Source of the DNA: Dehalococcoidia bacterium
GTDB lineage: Bacteria; Chloroflexota; Dehalococcoidia; UBA2979
Length of the DNA stretch: 64,000 nt
Assembly (NCBI GenBank): GCA_965219085.1
Contig: OZ244720.1
Coordinates: forward strand, 1,600,001-1,664,000
Direction of reading: 5' to 3'
The position numbers and the translations under genes were made by a program. This document shows, piece after piece, positions 24,735-33,183 of the stretch. Below the pieces are notes generated by a model. That model made no database searches and was not told the DNA's origin. It was given only the letters and a program-made list of their open reading frames with translations. Position 1 is the first letter of the stretch, and each line of letters starts with the position of its first letter.

Positions 24735-25921
24735 GGCTGGACCTCGAACCACCAGGACTCAGCAAGCAGGTCGAACAGTTCCTCGTAGTTGTCCCTGACG
24801 CTGACCGGGATCTCGTCCACGCTCCGGCTCCACTCCCCGCCGTACTTCGCGTCGAAGTGGTAGAAGGCGCCCGTCACCGTCTCCTCGAACAGGATGGCCG
24901 TGTTGCTCCGCGGATTCGCGGAGGGAGTCCTCCCTGGCACCAACCTGCGGATCGCCTTGACCACGCCGTCGAATCGCAGCGACAGGCCCCGGGGGACGTC
25001 GATGACGAGGTGCTTCTCCCCCGACCGGACGGGGCCCCAATGTCGGAAATGGTAGGTGCCGGGCGCGAGCACCCCCGAGGCGGACCAGAGGTCGGTCGAT
25101 GCCCCACAGTCGTCGAGGCCGGTCGAGGCAATGTCGTTCGTCGCCGCCTTGCGCAGCACGGGCGGGGCACACTCCTCGAAGCTGTTGTCCGCGAGCGAGA
25201 CGATCGTCAGGTTCGTCAGCAGCACGAGCTTCGACGGGATCATGCCCGTGAGGGCGTTGCCGTCGAGCCGGAGGTCCGTCAGCCCCGTGAGGTTGCCCAG
25301 CAGCCCCGACAACTCACCGTCGAGGCCGAGGTCCGACAGGTTCAGCGCGGTGACGCGCTGCGGCGTGCCGGAGACGGTGACACCCATCCACTCGGACATC
25401 GGCTTCCCGGCCGTCCAGTTGAGCTTGCCCGTCCCGCGCAGCGTGTCGCGGAGGCCGAGCAGCGCTTCGCAGTCCGCCACGAGCTCGGTGTTCGTGTCCG
25501 GGTTCGTCACCGCGACTCCCGACGAGCACGACATCACCTCGAACTCGGTCTCCGCCAGTGGGACGTCGATGGACTCCGCGTCGTCGCGGGACGCACCGAT
25601 GATGACGGCCAGGATGACGATCAATGCGCCGACCCCGGTCGCCGCCCCGAGCCCGGCGGCTGGCCTCACGAGCAGGCCGAACCAGCCGCGCGCTCTGCGG
25701 CGCGGCGGCTCGGGCTGCCACCCGGCCAGCTCGTGCCGGTTGGAGAGGTCGAGCTTCGAGAGCATGCTGGCGATGTGGGTCTTGACCGTCTCGCGGCTGA
25801 GCCCGAGCCGCGCGGCGATCTCGGCGTTCGTCCCGCCCTCGCGCAGCTCGTCGAGCACACGCTGCTCGGCCGGCGTCAGGACGCCGGGGTAGCGAGGTCT
25901 GCCGCCGCGCTCGCGCTCCAT
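24731..25921 (-). CDS. LuxR-type HTH + TM + leucine-rich-repeat protein (copy 1)
   Basis: LTPAEQRVL...TNAEIAARLGLSRETVKTHIASMLSKL; TM; WMGVTV...RVTALNL...LGNLTGLTDLRLDGNALTGMIP LRRs. Confidence 0.85.
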   Translation of the reverse strand: MERERGGRPRYPGVLTPAEQRVLDELREGGTNAEIAARLGLSRETVKTHIASMLSKLDLSNRHELAGWQPEPPRRRARGWFGLLVRPAAGLGAATGVGALIVILAVIIGASRDDAESIDVPLAETEFEVMSCSSGVAVTNPDTNTELVADCEALLGLRDTLRGTGKLNWTAGKPMSEWMGVTVSGTPQRVTALNLSDLGLDGELSGLLGNLTGLTDLRLDGNALTGMIPSKLVLLTNLTIVSLADNSFEECAPPVLRKAATNDIASTGLDDCGASTDLWSASGVLAPGTYHFRHWGPVRSGEKHLVIDVPRGLSLRFDGVVKAIRRLVPGRTPSANPRSNTAILFEETVTGAFYHFDAKYGGEWSRSVDEIPVSVRDNYEELFDLLAESWWFEVQP

Positions 25922-25969
25922 GCCTCAATACTCACACGCCGATGGGGGAGGTTTCCTCACCCGACCTTG

Positions 25970-26075
25970 TGACCGCACGCCGAGTGCGCAACTGTGCGTC
26001 AGGCCTGCGGTGACTGAGTGGTAGGTCCCCGTGGGCGCGTCCGTCTCACCGCGCGAGTTGTCGGCCCAGGACACC
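25970..26075 (-). pseudogene. Isolated RCC1/BLIP-II-like repeat remnant
   Basis: SWADNSRGETDAPTGTYHSVTAGLTHSCAL resembles one RCC1-type repeat; no full gene. Confidence 0.55.
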
Positions 26076-26078
26076 AAC

Positions 26079-26270
26079 TCACCCAACTTGCTGACGGAAC
26101 GAGCTCTTGCCAAGGGTCCTGTTGCGGGCCACGTACGGCTCGTCCATGTACGTCTGCGAAGATCCGATGTCCGCTTCAGCAGGACGCGGCTCGTCGACGA
26201 GGGCACGTACGGTGCCGCCAACGGTGATCGGGACGGCGAGGAACGAGAAGACAGCGCTGAGGACTCTCAC
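26079..26270 (-). CDS. Small hypothetical protein with hydrophobic N-terminus
   Basis: GTG start abuts the stop of LuxR-LRR copy 2; shares EADIGS with the 24390-24734 product. Confidence 0.4.
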   Translation of the reverse strand: MRVLSAVFSFLAVPITVGGTVRALVDEPRPAEADIGSSQTYMDEPYVARNRTLGKSSFRQQVG

Positions 26271-27383
26271 CTACGGGCTCCCGCGCCACATTGACTCGAT
26301 GATCCGGTCGAAGATCTCATCGAGAGCCGCGTTAGGCTGGTTACCCTCGTAGCGGCGAGACCACTCCCCGAGCCACTTCACGTCGAGCCCAATTAGTGCG
26401 GTTGGGGCTGCATTCCGGAGGATGATGCCGACATCCCCACCCTTGGGTGGCCCCAGCGCGGTATCAGGAGTGGACAGGGTCACTCCCCTGAAGGTCAACT
26501 GAGCACCAGGCGGGATGTCGAAGACGAGGGGGGTATCCCCCAAGTCGAGGCGGTAGGTTCCAGGCGCGAGCACGGTCGGCCGGTAGAAGGTCTCGAGGTC
26601 GGTTGGCGCCCCACAGTCGTCCAGACCGCTCGTGGCCACGTCGTTTGTCGCCACCCTCCGCAGCACCGCCGGAGCACAACCGGTGAACGACGTGCCCGAC
26701 AGTGAGACGGTCGTCAGGTTCGTCAGCTGGCCCAGCTTCGACGGGAGCATGCCCGTGAGGGCGTTCCCGTCCAGCCGCAGGTCCGTCAGCCCCGTGAGGT
26801 TCCCGAGCAGGCCCGACAGCTGACCGTTCAAGCCAAGGTCCGCCAGGTTCAGGCCCGTCACACGCTGCGGGGTACCGGAAACGGTCACGCCCATCCAGTC
26901 GGACATCGGCTTCCAGGCCGTCCAGTTGAGCTTGCTCGTGCCGCGGATCGTCTCGCGGAAGCCCAGGAGCGACTCGCAGTCACCGACGAGCTCGGTGTTC
27001 GTCTCCGGGTTCGCCACCGCGAACCCCGACGAGCACGACACCACCTCGCGGGACGCACCGATGACTACGGCGAAGATGACGATCACCGCGCCGACCCCGG
27101 TCGCCGCCCCGAACCCGATCGCTGGCCTCACGAGCAGGCCGAACCAGCCGCGCGCTCCTCTGCGCGGCGGCTCGGGCCGCCACGCGGCCAGCTCACGCCG
27201 GTTGGCGAGGTCGAGCTTCGAGAGCATGCTGGCGATGTGGGTCTTGACCGTCTCGCGGCTGAGCCCGAGACGAGCGGCGATCTCGGCGTTCGACCCGCCG
27301 TCGCACAGCTCCTCGAGCACACGCTGCTCGGCCGGCGTCAGGACGCCGGGGTAGCGAGGTCTGCCGCCACGGTCGCGCTCCAT
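26271..27383 (-). CDS. LuxR-type HTH + TM + leucine-rich-repeat protein (copy 2)
   Basis: Near-identical N-terminal two-thirds to copy 1; divergent C-terminal domain. Confidence 0.85.
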   Translation of the reverse strand: MERDRGGRPRYPGVLTPAEQRVLEELCDGGSNAEIAARLGLSRETVKTHIASMLSKLDLANRRELAAWRPEPPRRGARGWFGLLVRPAIGFGAATGVGAVIVIFAVVIGASREVVSCSSGFAVANPETNTELVGDCESLLGFRETIRGTSKLNWTAWKPMSDWMGVTVSGTPQRVTGLNLADLGLNGQLSGLLGNLTGLTDLRLDGNALTGMLPSKLGQLTNLTTVSLSGTSFTGCAPAVLRRVATNDVATSGLDDCGAPTDLETFYRPTVLAPGTYRLDLGDTPLVFDIPPGAQLTFRGVTLSTPDTALGPPKGGDVGIILRNAAPTALIGLDVKWLGEWSRRYEGNQPNAALDEIFDRIIESMWRGSP

Positions 27384-27430
27384 GCCTCAATACTCACACG
27401 CCGAGGGGAGAGGTTTTCTCACCCGACGAC

Positions 27431-27477
27431 TGGACACGAACGCACGTTCTGACTAGAGTATGTGAAACGTCTGTTCG
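27431..27477 (+). promoter_or_regulatory. Sigma70 promoter overlapped by two LexA (GAAC-N4-GTTC type) boxes
   Basis: TGGACA(27431)-17-TAGAGT(27454); CGAACgcacGTTCT 27437-27450; GAAACgtctGTTCG 27464-27477. Confidence 0.75.
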
Positions 27478-27490
27478 ATGGAGACGCCCG

Positions 27491-27742
27491 ATGGTCACCA
27501 CTACCGCCCCCGCCACCCGCACCGTCGAGCGCCCCGCGCGGCCGAGGCGACCTGCGGAGGCCACCCGCGACGTGGCCGCCGAGGCGGTCACGCAGGTGCG
27601 CGCGCCGCGCCGGCTGCGTCGCATGGTCGCGTTCGGGCCGCGCTGCCCGGACTGCGCCGGGCCGCTCGCGTTCGGCGAGGGCTGCTCGCTTTGTCCCGTC
27701 TGCGGTTACTCGAGCTGCACACCGGCGCGCCGAGGCCCGTAG
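27491..27742 (+). CDS. Small zinc-ribbon protein
   Basis: CPDC...EGCSLCPVCGYSSC, like the C-terminal Zn ribbon of class II ribonucleotide reductases; GGAG RBS. Confidence 0.75.
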   Translation: MVTTTAPATRTVERPARPRRPAEATRDVAAEAVTQVRAPRRLRRMVAFGPRCPDCAGPLAFGEGCSLCPVCGYSSCTPARRGP

Positions 27743-27835
27743 GGCCTGCGGGAGGGCGCATTTCGCCGTTGCATCCGTAGCCCTTGTGCGCGCCCCTTCG
27801 TATACTCGCGGAAATCCCCGGGGCGCAGAGGCGAC

Positions 27836-28711
27836 ATGGTCATCGGCGCGGCACGTGACACGGACCTCACCGCGCTGGGCAGGCGCATCCGACGCCATGT
27901 CGTGCGCATGGTCTACGACGCCAAGTCCGGACACATCGGCGGCTCACTCTCCGCCGTCGAGATCATGAGCGTGCTCTACTGCCGCATCATGCAGCACGAC
28001 CCCGAGCGGCCCGACTGGCCCGCGCGCGACCGCTTCATCATGAGCAAGGGCCACTGCACGCCGGTGCAGTACGCGCTCCTCGCCGAGCTCGGCTACTTCC
28101 CCGTCGACGAGCTGTCGACGTTCCGCCAACTCGGCTCGCGACTGCAGGGACACTCGGTGCGCAACCGCCCGCTCGGCGTCGAGAACTCGGCGGGCTCGCT
28201 CGGGATGGGGCTGTCGTTCGGCCTCGGGATGCGCCTCGCGGCACGCCTCGGCGAGGGCGACGTGCGCGCCGACACCCGCGTGTGGGTGCTGATGGGCGAC
28301 GGCGAGCAGAACGAGGGCCAGGTCTGGGAGGCGGCGATGGCCGCCGCCCACCACGACGCCGAGGGCCTGATCGCGCTCATCGACCGCAACGGCATCCAGA
28401 ACGACGACTTCACCCGCACCACCATGGTCACCGAGCCGCTCGACGAGAAGTACGCCGCGTTTGGCTGGGACGTGATCTCCGGCGTCGACGGCCACGACAT
28501 CGACGCCGTCGAGGCGGCGTTGCTGCACGCCCGCGACGTGCGAGGGCGGCCCGCCTGCGTGATCTTCGACACGGTGAAGGGACACGGCGTCTCCTTCATG
28601 GAGCACAACCCGGGCTTCCACGGCGCGCCGCCCAGCCCGGATCAGTTCGAGGAAGCGATGCGCGAACTCGCCGACCCCGACGACGCAAACGGCTCGGGAG
28701 CTGCCTCGTGA
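27836..28711 (+). CDS. Transketolase, N-terminal (TPP-binding) subunit
   Basis: SGHIGGSLS, DRFIMSKGH, GSLGMG, GDGEQNEG, TVKGHG. Confidence 0.95.
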   Translation: MVIGAARDTDLTALGRRIRRHVVRMVYDAKSGHIGGSLSAVEIMSVLYCRIMQHDPERPDWPARDRFIMSKGHCTPVQYALLAELGYFPVDELSTFRQLGSRLQGHSVRNRPLGVENSAGSLGMGLSFGLGMRLAARLGEGDVRADTRVWVLMGDGEQNEGQVWEAAMAAAHHDAEGLIALIDRNGIQNDDFTRTTMVTEPLDEKYAAFGWDVISGVDGHDIDAVEAALLHARDVRGRPACVIFDTVKGHGVSFMEHNPGFHGAPPSPDQFEEAMRELADPDDANGSGAAS

Positions 28712-29664
28712 CCACCACCGAGGCGCCCGCCCCCGCCGCGACCCGCGAGGCCCTGGGGCCGACGCTGCTCCGGCTGCGCGAGGAGGGCATGGACCTCGTC
28801 GTCGTCGACGCCGACCTCGGCAACTCGACCTCGGCGCGCAAGTTCCAGGTGGCGTACCCGGAGCGCTTCTTCACGCTCGGCGCCGCCGAGCAGAACATGA
28901 TCTCGGTCGCAGCGGGCATGGCGGCGATCGGCAAGGTCGCCTTCGCGTCGACCTTCGCCGTCTTCGCCGAGCACGCCTACGACCAGCTCCGGATGTCGGT
29001 CTCGCAGCCGAACCTCGACGTGAAGCTCGTCGCCTCGCACGGCGGCCTTTCCGTCGGCGAGGACGGCGCGTCCGCGCAGTCGGTCGAGGACATCGCGGTG
29101 ATGTCCTCGCTCGTGAACTTCCGCGTGATCGTGCCGGCCGACGTGGTCGAGGCCGCGGCGGCCGTCGAGGTCGCCGCGCGCACGCCGGGGCCGTTCTACA
29201 TCCGCACGGACCGCCCCAAGCACCGCGTGCTCTACCCAGACGGCGCACGCTTCGAGCTGGGCCGCGCCGACATGCTGCGCGACGGCTCGGACGTCACGCT
29301 GGTCTCGTACGGCCTCATGGTGGAGCGCACGCTCGACGCGGCCGAGGAGCTCGCCGCCCACGGCGTCTCGGCGCGCGTGCTCAACATGGCCACGATCCGC
29401 CCACTCGACGTCGACGCGCTGGAGCGCGCGGCAGCCGACACGGGCGCGGTCGTCGTCGCCGAGGAGCACCTCGTGCACTCCGGGCTCGGCGCGATGGCCG
29501 CGCAGGCGCTCGCCTCGCGCCGCCCCGTGCCGATGGAGTTCGTCGGCGTGCAGGACCGCTACGGCGAGTCGGGCCTGTGGCACGAGGTACTCGACGCGCT
29601 CGGCCTCACGACGGAGCACATCGCCGCCGCCGCGCGCCGCGCGATCGCTCGCAAGTCGGGCTAG
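28708..29664 (+). CDS. Transketolase, C-terminal subunit
   Basis: DADLGNST, AEQNM, VGEDGASAQ, TIRPLD, EEH; GTGA overlap. Confidence 0.95.
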   Translation: MTTTEAPAPAATREALGPTLLRLREEGMDLVVVDADLGNSTSARKFQVAYPERFFTLGAAEQNMISVAAGMAAIGKVAFASTFAVFAEHAYDQLRMSVSQPNLDVKLVASHGGLSVGEDGASAQSVEDIAVMSSLVNFRVIVPADVVEAAAAVEVAARTPGPFYIRTDRPKHRVLYPDGARFELGRADMLRDGSDVTLVSYGLMVERTLDAAEELAAHGVSARVLNMATIRPLDVDALERAAADTGAVVVAEEHLVHSGLGAMAAQALASRRPVPMEFVGVQDRYGESGLWHEVLDALGLTTEHIAAAARRAIARKSG

Positions 29665-29670
29665 CGCCGC

Positions 29671-30432
29671 CTACTCCCTGCCCCCACCCACGCCCAGGTA
29701 CGGCCACGCCTCGCGCAGCTCGCGCACCTCGAGGTCGGGCGTGAACGCGTCGTCGTTCGGGTCCAGGCGCCAGTCGCCGCGGTTCACCCAGATCGCGCCG
29801 ACGCCCGCCGCGCGCGCTCCCACCACGTCGTGGTACGGGTTGTCGCCGACGTACACGGCCGCACCCGGCGCCGCGCCGAGGGGTTCGAGGGCGAGCGCGA
29901 AGATCGCCGCGTCTGGCTTCTGCACGCCCACCTCGCCGGAGACCACGACCACCTCGAAGTAGCGTTCCAGGTCGAAGCGCTCGATCTTCGGGCGCTGGAT
30001 GTGCGACAGGCCGTTCGTGATGAGCCCTAGCGGGTAGCGTGACCCGAGGAGCTCGAGCGTCTCGATGGCGTCGGGGTGGATGCCGACGTGGTTGATGTTG
30101 ACCGCGCGGTAGCGGTCGGTGAGGTGTGCCGCGAGCGTGGGGTCGGGGCGCAGGTGCTCGGCGATGAGCCGCTCGTACGCCTCGAGGGTGAAGCGCTCCT
30201 CCCACTCGCCGCCGCCGGCCGCGCGGTGCGCGGCCTCGGTGTAGTGGCGGAAGTAGCCGTCGTAGATCGCCTCGGGGCTGCCGAGGGCCTGTAGCGCGGG
30301 CTCGGCGGCGTGCAGCTCGGCGATCGACTCGGCGAAGCCGGCGCGCCACGAGCCGCGCGCGTCGATGAGCGTGTCGTCGAGGTCGAACAGCACCGCCTGG
30401 AGTTGGTCGGGGGCGGGCAGGCGGTCGATCAT
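29671..30432 (-). CDS. HAD-superfamily hydrolase
   Basis: FDLDDTL, ITNG, KPDAAIF, VGDNPYHDV. Confidence 0.92.
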   Translation of the reverse strand: MIDRLPAPDQLQAVLFDLDDTLIDARGSWRAGFAESIAELHAAEPALQALGSPEAIYDGYFRHYTEAAHRAAGGGEWEERFTLEAYERLIAEHLRPDPTLAAHLTDRYRAVNINHVGIHPDAIETLELLGSRYPLGLITNGLSHIQRPKIERFDLERYFEVVVVSGEVGVQKPDAAIFALALEPLGAAPGAAVYVGDNPYHDVVGARAAGVGAIWVNRGDWRLDPNDDAFTPDLEVRELREAWPYLGVGGGRE

Positions 30433-30512
30433 GATCGCCGGTTCGGCGGGGCGCTCATGATCGCCGGGTTCGGCGGGGCGCTCATGATCGCCGGGTTCGG
30501 CGGGGGGGTCAT
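30430..30512. repeat. Tandem repeat, 3 units of 26/27/27 bp
   Basis: CATGATCGCCGG(G)TTCGGCGGGGCGCT units starting at 30430, 30456, 30483. Confidence 0.9.
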
Positions 30513-30536
30513 GGTCGCGGCGCTCGGCGGAGCGCC

Positions 30537-30872
30537 CTACGAGGACTCCTCGTCCTCGGCAGCGCCGTCGCCGTCGCCGTCTTCGTCCGAGGTGTCGTCG
30601 TCGGCGAAGACGCCGAGCTCCTCGCCGCGCCACACGGTCACGACCAGGTCCTCGCGGTACGGGTCGGCCGAGGTCACGATCTGGTCGTCGATGGCTTCGA
30701 GCAGGTCCTGCACCTGGTCGTCGTCGATGGCGGCGTGGACGATGAGCGTCGCGTGCGCGGACGAGCCCGTGAAGTGCACGTCGACGCGGCCGAGCGCGTG
30801 CTCGCCGTCGTCGATGGTGTAGACCTCGGAGTACGGCGTGCGCGCCTCGCGCTTGAAGCGGTAGTCGGCCAT
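30537..30872 (-). CDS. Hypothetical acidic protein
   Basis: MADYRFKREARTPYSEVY...; GAGGGG RBS; host-like codon usage. Confidence 0.75.
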   Translation of the reverse strand: MADYRFKREARTPYSEVYTIDDGEHALGRVDVHFTGSSAHATLIVHAAIDDDQVQDLLEAIDDQIVTSADPYREDLVVTVWRGEELGVFADDDTSDEDGDGDGAAEDEESS

Positions 30873-30910
30873 CGGATCCCCTCGTTCGCGGCGACCGGTC
30901 TCGGCCGCGG

Positions 30911-32179
30911 CTATGTCCGCACCTGGCCGGTGCCGAGCACCACCCACTTGTAGGAGGTCAGTTCGCGCAGGCCCATGGGGCCGCGGGCGTGCATCTTCTG
31001 CGTCGAGATGCCGACCTCGCAGCCGAGCCCGAACTGGCCGCCGTCGTTGAAGTACGTCGAGGCGTTCACGAACACCGCCGAGGCGTCGGCCTCGCGCTGG
31101 AAGCGCTGTGCGGCGGCGTACGAGTCCGTCACGATCGCCTCGGAGTGCCCGCTGCCGTGGACCTCGATGTGGTCGAGCGCCTCGTCCAGCGAGTCGACGA
31201 TGCGCACCGAGCAGTCGAGCGACAGCCACTCGCGGTCGTAGTCGTCGAGTTCGACGGGGAGCGACGGCGCACCGTCGCCGACGAGGGGCGCGGCGCGGTC
31301 GTCGACGTGGAGCGTGACGCCGCGCTCGCCGAGCGCGCGGGCGACGCGCGGCACGAACGCCGCGGCGACGCTCGAGTGGACGAGCAGCGTGTCCATCGCA
31401 TTGCACACCGAGGGGCGCTGCGTCTTGGCGTTGACGGCGATGCGCTCCGCCATGACCAGCTCGGCCTCGGCGTCGACGTAGGTGTGGCAGACGCCGATAC
31501 CGCCGGCGACGACGGGCATCTTCGCCTCGTCGCGGACGCGGCGGATCAGGTCCGCGCCGCCGCGCGGCACCATGAGGTCGATGGACTCGGCGGCGCGCAG
31601 CATCGCGCCGACCTCGGAGCGGTCGGTGGACTGGATGAACTCGACGCAGTGCTCGGGCAGCCCGGCGGCGGCGGTCTCGCGCTGCAGGATCGCGGCGAGC
31701 GCGGCCGAGGTGGCGTGCGCGTCGGTGCCGGAGCGCAGCAGCACGCCGTTGCCCGACTTGAGGCACACCGCCGCGATGTCGACCGTCACGTTCGGGCGCG
31801 ACTCGTAGATGGCCCCGATGACGCCGAGCGGCACGCGCATGCGGCCGATCTGCAGCCCGTTCGGCCGCGTCGTCATCTCCTCGACCTCGCCGACGGGATC
31901 GGGCAGCGCCGCGACCGCGCGCACGTCGTGCGCGATGCCGGCGATGCGGTCCGGCGTGAGCGTCATGCGGTCGAGGAAGGCGTCGGTCAGGCCGTTGGCG
32001 CGGGCGCGCTCCAGCTCCGGCCCGTTGACGGCGAGCAGCGCGTCGGTCTCGGCCTCGATGGCGTCTGCGACGCGGTGCAGCGCGCCGTCCTTGAGGTCGG
32101 TGGAGGCGGTGCCGAGTTGCCGTGCGGCCCGGCGCACACGCGCCGCTCGCTCGACGGCCTCGATCTGTGTCGTAGTCAT
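30911..32179 (-). CDS. proA: Gamma-glutamyl phosphate reductase
   Basis: IYESRPNVT, RPSVCNA, HGSGHSEAIVT, ISTQKMHARGPMGL. Confidence 0.97.
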   Translation of the reverse strand: MTTTQIEAVERAARVRRAARQLGTASTDLKDGALHRVADAIEAETDALLAVNGPELERARANGLTDAFLDRMTLTPDRIAGIAHDVRAVAALPDPVGEVEEMTTRPNGLQIGRMRVPLGVIGAIYESRPNVTVDIAAVCLKSGNGVLLRSGTDAHATSAALAAILQRETAAAGLPEHCVEFIQSTDRSEVGAMLRAAESIDLMVPRGGADLIRRVRDEAKMPVVAGGIGVCHTYVDAEAELVMAERIAVNAKTQRPSVCNAMDTLLVHSSVAAAFVPRVARALGERGVTLHVDDRAAPLVGDGAPSLPVELDDYDREWLSLDCSVRIVDSLDEALDHIEVHGSGHSEAIVTDSYAAAQRFQREADASAVFVNASTYFNDGGQFGLGCEVGISTQKMHARGPMGLRELTSYKWVVLGTGQVRT

Positions 32180-32234
32180 GGCAGTGAGTGTACCCGCCGA
32201 CCCCGCTGTGTGGGCATCCGCGCAGCGCCGCGGC

Positions 32235-33161
32235 TCACTCCGCGGCGGCGATCACCAGCGGCACGACGGCGCGCGGCGGCGGGAAGCCCTCGCCGTCCGA
32301 CACGTCCTCCTCGAACACCTCGAGGTGCGCGAGTTGTCGCTCGGCGGCTTCGTACTCGACGGTGAAGGCGAACGGTGCGGGGCCATCGACGCCGCCACCC
32401 ATCGCGTGGCCGCTTGCCAGCACGTCGCCCGCGCGATCGAGTAGCCGCCACTGCACGTTCGACTCGAAGGTGCGGGAGCAGCCGCTGACCGCGAAGCCGC
32501 TCGCGACCTCCTCGCCGCCTGCGGGCGACTGCACGATGACCAGCGCGGCTTCCGGCAGGCTGTCGTCGCAGGCGAAGCTCTCGTTAGCCCGGCCCACGGC
32601 CTCAAGCTCCGCGAGCGTCTCGCCCGCGAGGCGGAACCGGCGAATGACGGGGATCGAGGGGGCCTCGGCGAACGGCGCGCCCGGCGGCCGGTCGAGCAGT
32701 GCGACCGCGATGACGCCATCGTGGATGGAGAGGCCCAGGACGCGGATGCGGTCGCCGAGGAAGACCGCGTCGTCGTCGTGGAGCTCACCTTCCTCGTTCA
32801 GCAGCGCGTGCAGGTAGCGGAAGTTCCCGCTGCCGCCCGGGTCCTCGACCGTGATTGCGGCGGCGTCCGTGATGCCGTCCGCGTCGAGGTCGCCGACGGC
32901 CCACTGGGCGAGGCGGATCACGACTTCGCTCGACGAGCCTGGCGCGACCGGCGCCCGGAACTCGCCATCCTCGAGCGTGGCCGTGCCCGTGTCGGTGTTC
33001 TCGGTCAGGATGGTGGCCGCCTCGAGGGACACTCTGTCCGGCGCTGCCAGATCGTTGTCTGCTATCCCGTCGCAGGACGCCAGCAGCGTGGCTGCGAAGA
33101 GCAGTGCGCCCGCGGCCGTCAGGCGTGACGCGACGCGTCGGATCCAGTGTCGTCTCAACAT
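32235..33161 (-). CDS. Lipoprotein with C-terminal Gmad2-like immunoglobulin domain
   Basis: Lipobox LASC; GDLDADG; VSGCSRTFESNVQWRL pattern. Confidence 0.7.
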   Translation of the reverse strand: MLRRHWIRRVASRLTAAGALLFAATLLASCDGIADNDLAAPDRVSLEAATILTENTDTGTATLEDGEFRAPVAPGSSSEVVIRLAQWAVGDLDADGITDAAAITVEDPGGSGNFRYLHALLNEEGELHDDDAVFLGDRIRVLGLSIHDGVIAVALLDRPPGAPFAEAPSIPVIRRFRLAGETLAELEAVGRANESFACDDSLPEAALVIVQSPAGGEEVASGFAVSGCSRTFESNVQWRLLDRAGDVLASGHAMGGGVDGPAPFAFTVEYEAAERQLAHLEVFEEDVSDGEGFPPPRAVVPLVIAAAE

Positions 33162-33183
33162 GTTGACTCCCTGCGCTCGGATG

